A stretch of DNA of 34,610 nt from Acidimicrobiaceae bacterium. Lineage in GTDB: Bacteria; Actinomycetota; Acidimicrobiia; Acidimicrobiales; JACDCH01. Made by a program: the position numbers and the translations under genes. How positions within the stretch are numbered: position 1 is the stretch's first letter; every line of letters begins with the position of its first letter. The stretch lies in NCBI GenBank assembly GCA_041166685.1, contig JBEEGD010000242.1, positions 1-34,610 of the forward strand, given 5' to 3'. This document shows, one piece after another, positions 1-9,345 of the stretch. The notes under the pieces are model-generated. The model had not been told where the DNA came from, did no database searches, and saw nothing but the letters and a program-made list of their open reading frames with translations.

Positions 1-363
1 CCGCATGCCGACGAGCATGGGAAAGCCGATGGATGCCGCTCCTCCGGCCGAGAGGATCGACCAGCCGATCACTGTTTTGCCGATCGCCTGCTTTCGGTTC
101 CAACGGTCGGCGAGGTAGCCGGCAGGAACGGTGATGAGTCCGTTGAACAGCAGGGCCAACGACAACAGGACGCCGATCGCGAGGTCGCCGACGTGGAAGT
201 CGGCTTTCAACTGCGGAATCATGCCCCGGACGATGTTCTTGTCGACCTCGTCCATGAGCAGGACGAGACCGAGCACCCACATCGGCTCGGTGAGGAATCG
301 CGGCAGTCGCGAACGTTGAACGAGCGCCGGCTCACCGGTCGGCTCCTGGTCCTCACCTCCCAT
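1..363 (-). CDS. MFS transporter, N-terminal part (runs off the window start)
   Basis: Not in the ORF track. My translation from ATG at 363 gives MGGEDQEPTGEPALVQRSRLPRFLTEPMWVLGLVLLMDEVDKNIVRGMIPQLKADFHVGDLAIGVLLSLALLFNGLITVPAGYLADRWNRKQAIG..., with hydrophobic helices and MFS motif A (GYLADRWNRK). The frame is open to base 1. Confidence 0.85.
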   Translation of the reverse strand, partial: MGGEDQEPTGEPALVQRSRLPRFLTEPMWVLGLVLLMDEVDKNIVRGMIPQLKADFHVGDLAIGVLLSLALLFNGLITVPAGYLADRWNRKQAIGKTVIGWSILSAGGAASIGFPMLVGMR

Positions 364-435
364 GGGGGAGGGATTCTTCCCTATGGAGGACGGTTCCTCC
401 CAGGCCGGACGTGCTGCCAGACTCGGGTGGTGGCC

Positions 436-864
436 GTGCAAGCGCTCATCGCCCTGGTCGTGGCGGTGATCGCGGGCGTGATCGCGGCCGTGATCACGCG
501 GCGGACGCGGGTCGACGCGCCTACGCAGCCGGACAGCTACCTCGTTCCGGCCCAACTCGATCGGGCGGACTTCGATCGGCCTCGAGCACCTTGGCTGGTC
601 GCCGTGTTCTCGTCGTCGACGTGCTTGTCGTGTCAGGACGCGTGGGACAAGGCGCGCCACCTCGACAGCGCGGAGGTGGTGGTCCAAGAGATCGAGGCGA
701 CCGACCGCAAAGACCTGCACGAACGGTATGCAATCGACGCCGTGCCGATGATCGTCGTCGCCGACGAAGAGGGGGTCACCAGGGCGTCATTCATCGGTGT
801 GCCCTCCGCGGCCGACCTGTGGGCCGCGCTCGCCGAGCTCCGAGACGCGAACTCGACGAAATAG
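436..864 (+). CDS. Membrane-anchored thioredoxin-fold protein
   Basis: 3' part of ORF 193..864: N-terminal hydrophobic helix (VQALIALVVAVIAGVIAAVI), CxxC (CLSC) after a beta-strand, cis-Pro-like AVP motif. GTG start at 436 is inferred. Confidence 0.75.
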   Translation: MQALIALVVAVIAGVIAAVITRRTRVDAPTQPDSYLVPAQLDRADFDRPRAPWLVAVFSSSTCLSCQDAWDKARHLDSAEVVVQEIEATDRKDLHERYAIDAVPMIVVADEEGVTRASFIGVPSAADLWAALAELRDANSTK

Positions 865-894
865 GCATCGGTTTCCGATGCCTATTTCGTCGAG
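852..894. repeat. Perfect 20-bp palindrome between convergent genes (bidirectional terminator or REP-like)
   Basis: CTCGACGAAATAGGCATCGG-TTT-CCGATGCCTATTTCGTCGAG; contains the TAG stop of the thioredoxin-like gene. Confidence 0.85.
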
Positions 895-901
895 AACGAA
901 A

Positions 902-2938
902 TTAGTTCGGAGGTGTGCGGCTGATCGGGCGGGCGCGGGCCGGGGCCGGGGCGGGCGCCGCGGGCTCTGGTGTGTCGTTGCCACCGTTGCCGATGTACGG
1001 CGCGGGCTGACTGAATCGTGAGGTGTCGACGCCGCGCGTGATCACGGTGTCGGGAGGTGCGCCGGTGCTTCCGAGGTCGATGAGCCGTTGCACCTCCTCG
1101 CCGTCGATGGTTTCGTGTTCGAGCAGCGCACGAGCGACGAGGTCGAGCCCGTTCCGGTTGGCGGTGAGCGTGACCCGGCAGCGGTCCTCTTGGTCGCGGA
1201 GGATCTTCTCGACTTCCTCGTCGATCACGCGCGCGGTCTCGTCGGAGTAGTCGCGGGTGTGCATCAGGTCCTCGCCGAGGAACACCGCGCCCTGCGAGCC
1301 CCACGCCATCGGCCCGATCCGGGTCGACATGCCCCACTCGCGAACCATCTTGCGTGCGAGCTCGGTGGACGTCACGAGGTCGTTGTTGGCGCCGGTGGAG
1401 ATGACGCCGAACACCAGCTCTTCCGCGATCCGGCCGCCCATCGCGACGACGAGGCGATCTTCGATGTAGTCCTGACGGTAGATGTGGCGCTCTTCCACCG
1501 GGAGCTGCTGTGTGACGCCAAGGGCCAAGCCGGTGGGCAGGATCGTGACCTTGTGCACGGGGTCGGCGTGCGGGAGCACGGCGGCGCACACGGCGTGGCC
1601 GGCCTCGTGGTAGGCGACCGACTCCTTCTCTTGGTCCGACAGTGCCATCGACTCGCGTCGCTGGCCCATCAGCACACGGTCGCGTGCCATCTCGAAATGG
1701 CGCATGTGGATCGCGTCGTCACCGGCGCGCACTGCGAACAGCGCCGCTTCGTTCACCAGGTTGGACAAGTCGGCGCCGGACATGCCGGGAGTGCCGCGTG
1801 CGACGACTTGCAGGTCGACGTCTTCGTGGATCCGCTTGTGCTTGCAGTGCACCAGCAGGATGGCGCGCCGCTCTTCGAGCTCGGGCAATGGCACGACGAC
1901 CTGGCGGTCGAAGCGTCCAGGGCGCAGCAGCGCGGGGTCGAGGATGTCGGGTCGGTTGGTGGCCGCCATCATCACGATGCCTTCGGTGGCTTCGAAGCCG
2001 TCCATCTCCGAGAGCATCTGGTTGAGCGTCTGCTCGCGCTCATCGTGACCACCGCCGAGGCCGGCGCCTCGTTTGCGGCCGATGGAGTCGATCTCGTCGA
2101 CGAAGATGATCGCCCGGCCGAGCTTGCGCGCCGTCTGGAACAGATCGCGCACTCGCGATGCGCCGACGCCGACAAACATCTCCATGAAGTCGGAACCGGA
2201 CACGGAAAGGAACGGCACTCCGGCTTCACCGGCGACGGCTCGTGCGATCAGCGTCTTGCCGGTGCCCGGGGGACCGACGAGGAGCACGCCCTTCGGGATG
2301 CGAGCGCCGATCTCGCCGAACTTGTCAGGGAACTTGAGGAAGTCGACGACCTCGCGGATCTCTTGCTTCACGCCCTCGTAACCGGCGACGTCGACGAACG
2401 TCGTGCCGGGGCGCTCGGTGGTGTAGGTGCGGGCCCGCGAGCGACCGATGGACATGATGCCGCCCATCTGGCTCTGGGTTCGCCGCTGCATCCACACGAA
2501 GAAGCCGATGAGCAAGCCGATGGGAAGCAGGACTGGCAGCCACGCCGCCCAGAAACTGGTCTCCGGGGTCTTGAACTTCACGTCGACGTGGTGGTCGGAC
2601 AGGATCTTGCGGTCGCTCTCGGAGGGCCCCGGAGGCGACGGCACGCCCGTGGTCGAGAACTTGCCTCCATCGGCGAACTCGCCGCTGATGTGGCCGTTGT
2701 TGTTGTTCCACTCGATGCTCTTGACGTTGTCGGCTTGCACCTGGCTCAAGAACTGCGAGTACTGCAAGTCTTTGCCTTCCGAGGTGCTGAAGAACGTCGG
2801 AAGCAGGAAGGCGGCGGCGGCGACGCCGAGCAACACCCAGATCGTCCACCGCGGCAAGCTCGACATGCCCATCCGGCCGCCCGGCCCGCGCGAATCGCGC
2901 GGCGGAGGAGGCGGAGGAGGAGGGGTCTGCGGACTCAT
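902..2938 (-). CDS. ftsH: ATP-dependent zinc metalloprotease FtsH
   Basis: Two N-terminal TM helices, Walker A GPPGTGKT, Walker [36 protein letters not shown] zinc motif. Start placed at ATG 2938, just downstream of a TAGCAT -10-like hexamer. Confidence 0.97.
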   Translation of the reverse strand: MSPQTPPPPPPPPRDSRGPGGRMGMSSLPRWTIWVLLGVAAAAFLLPTFFSTSEGKDLQYSQFLSQVQADNVKSIEWNNNNGHISGEFADGGKFSTTGVPSPPGPSESDRKILSDHHVDVKFKTPETSFWAAWLPVLLPIGLLIGFFVWMQRRTQSQMGGIMSIGRSRARTYTTERPGTTFVDVAGYEGVKQEIREVVDFLKFPDKFGEIGARIPKGVLLVGPPGTGKTLIARAVAGEAGVPFLSVSGSDFMEMFVGVGASRVRDLFQTARKLGRAIIFVDEIDSIGRKRGAGLGGGHDEREQTLNQMLSEMDGFEATEGIVMMAATNRPDILDPALLRPGRFDRQVVVPLPELEERRAILLVHCKHKRIHEDVDLQVVARGTPGMSGADLSNLVNEAALFAVRAGDDAIHMRHFEMARDRVLMGQRRESMALSDQEKESVAYHEAGHAVCAAVLPHADPVHKVTILPTGLALGVTQQLPVEERHIYRQDYIEDRLVVAMGGRIAEELVFGVISTGANNDLVTSTELARKMVREWGMSTRIGPMAWGSQGAVFLGEDLMHTRDYSDETARVIDEEVEKILRDQEDRCRVTLTANRNGLDLVARALLEHETIDGEEVQRLIDLGSTGAPPDTVITRGVDTSRFSQPAPYIGNGGNDTPEPAAPAPAPARARPISRTPPN

Positions 2939-3023
2939 TGGACCACATGCTAGGGGGCGTTGGGCGCTGAGCAGCCCCGCCATCCGCCACGGACCGCCCC
3001 GTAGTCACTACCGTCAACGGTTC

Positions 3024-3257
3024 ATGAGCCGCCACTGCGCCCGGCCCGGATGCAACGCCTTGGCCCGAGCCACGCTGACCTTCGACTACGGCAACCGCGC
3101 TGCTTGGGTGGACCGCCTCGCCGAGGAAGCGCATCCGATGAATCACGATCTCTGTGAGCGCCATGCCAACGGGATGTCGGTGCCCCGCGGTTGGCGTCTC
3201 GAAGACCGGCGGATCGTCGAGCCTCTCTTCCGGGAACGCAACTACCTCGCGTCGTAG
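3024..3257 (+). CDS. DUF3499-family small actinobacterial protein
   Basis: MSRHCARPGCNALARATLTFDY...HDLCERHANGMSVPRGW matches the C-x4-C...ATLT.DY...DLC..HA...P.GW pattern of this family. It is the tail of track ORF 2427..3257. Confidence 0.85.
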   Translation: MSRHCARPGCNALARATLTFDYGNRAAWVDRLAEEAHPMNHDLCERHANGMSVPRGWRLEDRRIVEPLFRERNYLAS

Positions 3258-3311
3258 CGATCCGCACTAGGCGGCCCAGTTCCAGCCCGTTCACCTTCTA
3301 GCGTGAGCGGG

Positions 3312-4022
3312 ATGGCCGCCGAGGTGGAGCAGCACCCGGTTCGGTGGGGGCTCGGCGACGCCGCTCTTGGCTTCGTACTCGCGTACGTCCTCACGATCGT
3401 GTTCGCGCCCGTCGTGTACAAGCTCACCGGGCAGTCACTCGACACGCCCAGCGACCAGCTGCCGCTCAGAACGATCGCACTCCAGCAAGTGCCGTTCTAC
3501 GGCGGCATGCTCGCGGTGCCGCTCTTCGCGAGCCGGCGCAAGGGGAGCGGACCGGTCGCCGACTTCGGGCTGCGCATGCAATGGGCGGACGCGCCAAAGG
3601 GTCTTCTCATAGGCATCGTCGCCCAGTTCGCCGCGAACGCGCTGTACTTGCCGGTTCTCTGGTGGACGTCGATCAGCACCGACGACATCTCCAAGCCGGC
3701 CCGGCAACTGACCGACAAGGCTCACGGCGCGGGTGTCGTCCTGCTGATCCTCGTGGTTGTGGTCGCGGCCCCGATCGTGGAAGAGATCTTTTTCCGTGGG
3801 CTCGTACTGCGATCGATCGAGCGTCGGATGGGCACGCGCTGGGCGATCGTGACCTCCAGCGCGCTCTTCGGCGCGGCGCATTTCGAGGCCCTCCAGTTTC
3901 CCGCGTTGTTCCTGTTCGGGCTGGTCGCGGCCACCCTTGCGACGCGGACGAGCCGTCTCGGGCCGGGCATCTGGGCCCATGTTGCCTTCAACCTCGTCGC
4001 CGTCAGCGCACTGTTGCAGTAG
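3312..4022 (+). CDS. CPBP (Abi/CAAX type II) intramembrane metalloprotease
   Basis: Motifs EEIFFRG, FGAAH and HVAFN in a multi-TM protein. Start ATG 3312 lies 7 nt after TAGCGT. Confidence 0.9.
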   Translation: MAAEVEQHPVRWGLGDAALGFVLAYVLTIVFAPVVYKLTGQSLDTPSDQLPLRTIALQQVPFYGGMLAVPLFASRRKGSGPVADFGLRMQWADAPKGLLIGIVAQFAANALYLPVLWWTSISTDDISKPARQLTDKAHGAGVVLLILVVVVAAPIVEEIFFRGLVLRSIERRMGTRWAIVTSSALFGAAHFEALQFPALFLFGLVAATLATRTSRLGPGIWAHVAFNLVAVSALLQ

Positions 4023-4024
4023 GT

Positions 4025-4054
4025 CTCAAGTGAGGTGCGGGAACGCGCCGATGA
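4025..4054 (+). promoter_or_regulatory. Putative sigma-28/WhiG-type promoter
   Basis: CTCAAG-N16-GCCGATGA, ending 7 nt before GTG 4062. Confidence 0.55.
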
Positions 4055-4061
4055 TCCCTAC

Positions 4062-4247
4062 GTGCCCCTGTCGTGCCCATTGTGTCGAGGCCATCTCGTC
4101 TCGATTTCGCTGCGCCTAGAGGGCCACGAGATGGAGATGAGGTCCTGCTCGCGTTGCGATACACGGTTCTGGCAACAGGCCGGTGAAGACGTGGAACTGC
4201 CTGATGTGTTGGGCCGTGAACCGGCTCGTCAACCTGCGCTGAGGTAG
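4062..4247 (+). CDS. Small zinc-ribbon protein (CxxC...CxxC)
   Basis: MPLSCPLCRGHLVSISLRLEGHEMEMRSCSRCDTRFW...; fills the gap between two co-oriented genes. Confidence 0.7.
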   Translation: MPLSCPLCRGHLVSISLRLEGHEMEMRSCSRCDTRFWQQAGEDVELPDVLGREPARQPALR

Positions 4248-4294
4248 TCCTGTGAGGCGGATCGGCATGCCCGGTCTGCCAGGATGGTCATCCG

Positions 4295-6991
4295 ATGGAG
4301 ACCCTTCACGAGCCGGTGGACGAGGCCCGCCTCGAGCCGGATTCGTCATCGCCTGAGCCCTACGGTCTCGACCTTTCGTGGTTCACCCGCGACCGCGTGA
4401 TGCGGATCGTGGACATCGCGGTCGTCGTCCTGGTGACCGGCTTCGTGCTCGGCCAGCTCGGGCTGGGCAACATCCTGAGCAACACGACGCCTGCAGGCGG
4501 CGACATGGGTGCGCACGTCTGGGGTCCGGCGTTTCTCCGCGATCACCTGCTGCCGCACGGACAGCTGAGCGGGTGGACGCCGGATTGGTACGACGGCTTC
4601 CCCGCGTACCAGTTCTACATGGTCCTCCCCGCGCTCATGATCGTCATCCTGAACGCCGGACTGCACGGTTGGGCGGCGCTACTTCCGCTGGCCGTCGCAA
4701 TGGGCGTAGTGGCCAAGGCTCGTCAGTACCCGGCTCGATCCACGCGGCGACGCGCACTCATCACAGCGGCCATCGTCGTCGCGGTGCTCCTCGTGGGCTT
4801 CCCCTACGGCGTGGCCTTCAAGATCGTCACGATCCTGGGTCTGCTGAGCCTGCCGGTCGCGGCCTATGCGCTCGGGCGACTGGCTGATCTGCCGTTCCCC
4901 ACGCCGGCACTCTTCTCGGTGGCCTCGTTGGTCTTCCTCTTCAACCGTGAGCCGATCGCCAACGGCACCGGCAACATCATCGGCGGCAACATGACGTCGA
5001 CGCTCGCCGGTGAGTTCAGCTTCTCGCTGAGCCTCACGTTCGGCGTGCTCTTCCTCGGCCTATTGATCGCGGGATTCCGAACCGGCCGCCATCGGTGGTT
5101 GGCCGCGGTCCTGCTGGCGCTCACAGCCCTTTGCCACGTCATCGTCGCCATCTTCGTCATCATCGCCGCGGCTGCCGCCTTGGTCGTATGGCCCGGTTGG
5201 GCCCGCGCCAAGTGGCTGGCCGCGGCGCTACCGGTGGGTGGACTGCTCAGCGCCTTCTGGACGTTCCCGTTCGTGGCCCGCAGCGAATACGTCAACGACA
5301 TGGGCTGGGAGAAGCTCCCCGCCGGGTCGGGCTCCCACAGCTGGAACTACCTGCTCGGTCAACTCGTCACCGACAGCAGCTTCCGTGACGACATCATGCG
5401 CGACTACCTCGCGCCGAAGAGTCTGCAGTGGATCCTCGCGCTGGCGATCGTCGGTGTCGTCGTGTCGATCGTGCTTCGCGTTCGGGTGGGGATTTGGCTC
5501 GGCATCGTCACCGTCGTGATGGCGGTCGCGTTCGTGGTCGCCCCGGAATCGCGTCTGTGGAACGCCCGCCTCTTGCCCTTCTACTACTTGCTCTTGTGTC
5601 TGTTGGCCGCCGTCGGAATTGCCGAGCTCGGTCGAGCGATTGCGCTCTTGGCCGCCCGCGACCCCGATCGGCCGGTGCTCTCGATCAACATCGGCACGAG
5701 CGCGATTGCGCTCGTTGGCGTCGTGATCGTCGTGGGACTGCCGCTGAAGGCGTTGCCGGGCCAGACGAGTGATGCGGACGGATTCCACTGGAGTTTCCTG
5801 AGTACGGCGTCACCGGCAAACCCCGCGCCCGACTGGGCGCGCTGGAACTACACGGGCTACGAAAACAAGCCCGCGTATCCCGAGTACTACGACCTTGTCG
5901 TCACGATGCAGCACGTCGGCAGCCAGCAAGGGTGCGGCCGGGCGATGTGGGAGTACGACGACCCCCGACTCGAGCGGTACGGCACGCCGATGGCGCCGAT
6001 GCTCCTGTCGCTGTTCACCGATGGTTGCATCGGTTCGATGGAAGGCTTGTACTTCGAGTCCTCGACTACGACCCCGTACCACTTCATCAATCAGGGCGAG
6101 CTGTCCGCGAGTTGCTCGTGCGCGCAGCGCAACCTCCCATACAGAGGCTTCGACATGTCACTCGGCGTGAAGCACCTGCAACTGCTCGGTGTGCGCTACT
6201 ACATGGCCTCGACCAACAAGGCCGTGACCGCCGCAGCCGCGCAACCCGAACTGCGCGAGATCGCGTCGAGTGGGGCATGGCACATCTACGAGATCGCCGA
6301 CAGTGCGCTCGTGGTGCCGTTGGCCAACGAGCCCGCGGTCGTCACCACCCACAACTCCGGGCTCGATTGGATCTACGGCACCAGCGATGCGCACACGGCG
6401 CCAAAGGACTCACAAGGAAAGAACATCCAGGCGAACGGACCCTCGATCTCGTGGTATCTGGATCCGACGCGGTGGAACGTGTTCCTCGCGGCCGACGGTC
6501 CGTCGAACTGGACGAGGGTGAAAGACGGCGAGACACCCCCGGCTCGACCGGTCGAACTCGCGACCGTCAGCGACATCAAATCCGGCACGAACACCATCGA
6601 CTTCTCTGTCGATCGCGTTGGCACACCGGTCCTGGTCAAGACCTCGTACTTCCCGAACTGGAAGGTCGACGGCGCACTCGGCCCGTACCGCGTGACGCCG
6701 AACTTGATGGTGGTCATCCCGATCGCATCCCATGTGCACCTGCACTACGGCAACACCGGCGTCGAGTACTTCGCGTACTTCCTGACATTGCTCGGCATCG
6801 CGCTCGCGATCTTCCTTGCCCGCCGCCCGCCGGTACCAATGCCTGATCCCGTTCCGCTGAGAGGTGGCATGTTCAGCCGTCTCGTCGACCCTCGGCCCGA
6901 TGAACCGGACGCCGGGTCGAGCGAGCGGTGGGACGACTCGGCCTGGCACGACGAGCCACCGGCCGACGAGGAGGAAACGTCGTTCGCCTGA
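4295..6991 (+). CDS. Large polytopic membrane protein, PTPS-related/YfhO-like (probable GT-C glycosyltransferase)
   Basis: GGDMGAH...GWTPDWYDGFPAYQFY after the first TM, many TM helices, a large extracytoplasmic domain, C-terminal SYFPNW motif and TM. Lies directly upstream of a GT2. Confidence 0.7.
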   Translation: METLHEPVDEARLEPDSSSPEPYGLDLSWFTRDRVMRIVDIAVVVLVTGFVLGQLGLGNILSNTTPAGGDMGAHVWGPAFLRDHLLPHGQLSGWTPDWYDGFPAYQFYMVLPALMIVILNAGLHGWAALLPLAVAMGVVAKARQYPARSTRRRALITAAIVVAVLLVGFPYGVAFKIVTILGLLSLPVAAYALGRLADLPFPTPALFSVASLVFLFNREPIANGTGNIIGGNMTSTLAGEFSFSLSLTFGVLFLGLLIAGFRTGRHRWLAAVLLALTALCHVIVAIFVIIAAAAALVVWPGWARAKWLAAALPVGGLLSAFWTFPFVARSEYVNDMGWEKLPAGSGSHSWNYLLGQLVTDSSFRDDIMRDYLAPKSLQWILALAIVGVVVSIVLRVRVGIWLGIVTVVMAVAFVVAPESRLWNARLLPFYYLLLCLLAAVGIAELGRAIALLAARDPDRPVLSINIGTSAIALVGVVIVVGLPLKALPGQTSDADGFHWSFLSTASPANPAPDWARWNYTGYENKPAYPEYYDLVVTMQHVGSQQGCGRAMWEYDDPRLERYGTPMAPMLLSLFTDGCIGSMEGLYFESSTTTPYHFINQGELSASCSCAQRNLPYRGFDMSLGVKHLQLLGVRYYMASTNKAVTAAAAQPELREIASSGAWHIYEIADSALVVPLANEPAVVTTHNSGLDWIYGTSDAHTAPKDSQGKNIQANGPSISWYLDPTRWNVFLAADGPSNWTRVKDGETPPARPVELATVSDIKSGTNTIDFSVDRVGTPVLVKTSYFPNWKVDGALGPYRVTPNLMVVIPIASHVHLHYGNTGVEYFAYFLTLLGIALAIFLARRPPVPMPDPVPLRGGMFSRLVDPRPDEPDAGSSERWDDSAWHDEPPADEEETSFA

Positions 6992-7689
6992 GCGTCGTCG
7001 TCCCGGCGTACGAGGAGCAGGATCGGATCGCTTCTGCCATCGCCGAGGTGCGGACTGCGCTGGCTCACGTCGAAGGAGGAGTCGAGCTCATCGTCGTGGA
7101 CGATGGATCGACGGACGGCACTGCGCAAACGGCGCGGACCGCAGGGGCCGACCGCGTTCTCGTGCATCCCTTCAACCGCGGCAAGGGTGCGGCCGTGCGG
7201 ACGGGCGTGTTGGCCGCAACCGGCCGCACGATCGCGTTCACTGACGCCGACCTGTCGTACGCCCCAAGCCAACTGGAAGGTCTGCTCGAGATGGTGGAGT
7301 CGGGCGTCGACATGGTGGTCGGTAGCCGCAAGCACGACATGACCCGAACGCTCGTGAAGGCCGGCCGACTTCGGGAGATCGGCGGGCGAGTGATCAACTG
7401 GCTCACGCACGCCGTGCTGCTCGGCAACTACCGCGACACGCAATGCGGGCTGAAGGCGTTCCGGGCGGAGGCCGGCCGGCTCATCTTCCAGCGCTCCAAG
7501 ATCGATGGCTTCGCCTTCGATGTCGAGCTCTTCGTGATCGCCGAGCGCAACGACCTCACGCTGGCGGAGGTACCTGTCACGGTTGTCAACACGACGCGGT
7601 CAACGGTGAGGGTCGTTCGCGATGCGCTGCGGCTGGTGCGGGACCTGTTCCGCATCCGTCGCTGGTCGCGAGCGGGCGTATACGAATAG
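6928..7689 (+). CDS. GT2 polyprenyl/dolichyl-phosphate glycosyltransferase
   Basis: LSVVVPAYEE, VVDDGSTDGT, NRGKGAAV, FTDADL, DTQCGLK, FAFDVE. Start uncertain (overlaps the upstream gene). Confidence 0.88.
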   Translation: MGRLGLARRATGRRGGNVVRLSVVVPAYEEQDRIASAIAEVRTALAHVEGGVELIVVDDGSTDGTAQTARTAGADRVLVHPFNRGKGAAVRTGVLAATGRTIAFTDADLSYAPSQLEGLLEMVESGVDMVVGSRKHDMTRTLVKAGRLREIGGRVINWLTHAVLLGNYRDTQCGLKAFRAEAGRLIFQRSKIDGFAFDVELFVIAERNDLTLAEVPVTVVNTTRSTVRVVRDALRLVRDLFRIRRWSRAGVYE

Positions 7690-7702
7690 GTTCGGGCGCG
7701 TC

Positions 7703-9064
7703 ATGGGTGACTTCGATGCCGTGTTCAAGGCGTATGACATCCGGGGCACCGTGCCCGACCAGCTCGACGCGCCGATGTGCCGCAGCATCGGCGCCGCCTT
7801 CGCCCGCTTCGGCAAGGCGCCGCGCGTATTGATCGCGCGTGACATGCGACCGTCCGGCGTCGACCTGTCGGCCGCGTTTGCGGAAGGTGCGCGCAGCCAG
7901 GGCGTCGACGTCGTCGATCTCGGCCTCGCGTCGACCGATCTCATCTACTACGCCGCGGGCCGGCTCGATTCGCCGGGAGCGATGTTCACTGCGTCGCACA
8001 ACCCCGCCCAATACAACGGCATCAAGCTCTGCTTGGCCGGGGCCAAGCCGGTGGGCGAAGACTCTGGCCTCGCGGAGATCAAGGCGATGGCGAAGGCCGG
8101 ACTCGAGCCTGCCGACCAGGAAGGCAAGCTCACGCACGAAGACCTGCTGGCGGACTTCGCGGCCCACGTTCGCTCGTTCGTCGATGTCCACTCACTGCGA
8201 CCGCTCAAGGTGATCGCCGACACTGCCAATGGCATGGGCGGCCTCGTGGTGCCCGTCGTGTTCGAGTCGTTGCCGTTCGATCTCGAGCTGATGTACGGCG
8301 AGCTCGATGGCACGTTTCCCAACCATCCCGCGGATCCGATCCAGCCGGAGAACCTTCGCGATCTGGTGACGCGCGTCACGCAAACGGGTGCAGACATCGG
8401 GCTGGCGTTTGACGGCGACGCCGATCGCGTGTTCCTCGTGGACGACAAGGGCGTGCCGGTGTCTGGATCAACGACGACGGCAATTGTTGCGAGTGCGGTG
8501 CTGACCAAGGAACCCGGCGCCACCATCCTCTACAACTGCATCTGCTCGAAAGCGGTACCGGAGATCATCCGCGAGAACGGCGGTATACCGATCCGCACGC
8601 GAGTCGGCCACAGCTTCATCAAGGCCGTGATGGCCGAAACGGGCGCCGCGTTCGGCGGCGAACACTCCGCGCATTACTACTTCCGCGACAACTACCGCGC
8701 CGACTCAGGCTCGATCGCGGCGCTGGTGGTGCTCGAGCAGTTGTGTCTGGCGGGCACTCCGCTGTCAGAACTGCGAAAGCCGTTCGAGCGCTACGCCCAG
8801 TCAGGAGAGATCAACACGCGTGTCGACGACCCTCAGGCCGTCATCGAGCGGGTGGCGGCGGCGTACAACGACGCGAACCAAGATCGACTCGATGGCTTGA
8901 CCGTCGACCTCGGCGACTGGTGGTTCAACCTGCGCCCGTCCAACACCGAACCCCTGCTGCGCCTCAACCTCGAAGCGCGGACTGCCGAAGAGGTCGCCCG
9001 GCACGTGGCAGAAGTCCAAGCCCTCATGGGAGAGACCACTCAGCCCCGACCACCCGCCCCTTGA
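7703..9064 (+). CDS. manB: Phosphomannomutase/phosphoglucomutase
   Basis: FKAYDIRG, TASHNP phosphoserine loop, FDGDADR metal loop, GEHSAH, RPSNTEP. Confidence 0.93.
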   Translation: MGDFDAVFKAYDIRGTVPDQLDAPMCRSIGAAFARFGKAPRVLIARDMRPSGVDLSAAFAEGARSQGVDVVDLGLASTDLIYYAAGRLDSPGAMFTASHNPAQYNGIKLCLAGAKPVGEDSGLAEIKAMAKAGLEPADQEGKLTHEDLLADFAAHVRSFVDVHSLRPLKVIADTANGMGGLVVPVVFESLPFDLELMYGELDGTFPNHPADPIQPENLRDLVTRVTQTGADIGLAFDGDADRVFLVDDKGVPVSGSTTTAIVASAVLTKEPGATILYNCICSKAVPEIIRENGGIPIRTRVGHSFIKAVMAETGAAFGGEHSAHYYFRDNYRADSGSIAALVVLEQLCLAGTPLSELRKPFERYAQSGEINTRVDDPQAVIERVAAAYNDANQDRLDGLTVDLGDWWFNLRPSNTEPLLRLNLEARTAEEVARHVAEVQALMGETTQPRPPAP

Positions 9065-9102
9065 GGCCGGTGCCTGGCGGCACCGTCGTATTGTCTTCCA
9101 AC

Positions 9103-9345
9103 ATGGCCCTCGACCCGCAACTGCTCGACATCCTCGCGTGCCCGGAGGACAAGGGCCCGCTCCTGTACTTCGAGACCGAGGACGCGCTCTACAACCCTCG
9201 GCTCAAGCGCCGGTACGCCATCAAGGACGACATTCCCATCATGCTGATCGACGAGGCCGAGAGCGTCGACGACGCAGAGCACGAGCGACTGGTCGCCAAG
9301 GCCGACGCGGAGGGCATCAAGCCCACCTTCGACCCGTCCTCGTGA
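9103..9345 (+). CDS. Trm112-family protein
   Basis: MALDPQLLDILACPEDKGPL...YAIKDDIPIMLIDEA; usual actinobacterial position after pmm. Confidence 0.9.
   Translation: MALDPQLLDILACPEDKGPLLYFETEDALYNPRLKRRYAIKDDIPIMLIDEAESVDDAEHERLVAKADAEGIKPTFDPSS

Noticed and set aside
193-435. N-terminal extension of ORF 193..864
   Set aside because: It overlaps the minus-strand MFS gene; the thioredoxin-like protein plausibly starts at its TM helix near 436.
2899-2925. GGA/GGC triplet repeat
   Set aside because: It simply encodes the poly-Pro N-terminus of FtsH on the minus strand.
1088-2953. 621-aa plus-strand ORF
   Set aside because: Antisense shadow of ftsH, typical of high-GC codon bias; no recognisable motifs.
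3312-4022. Phage-defence (abortive infection) role for the CPBP/Abi protein
   Set aside because: The Abi label for this family is historical, and no defence-island genes are nearby.
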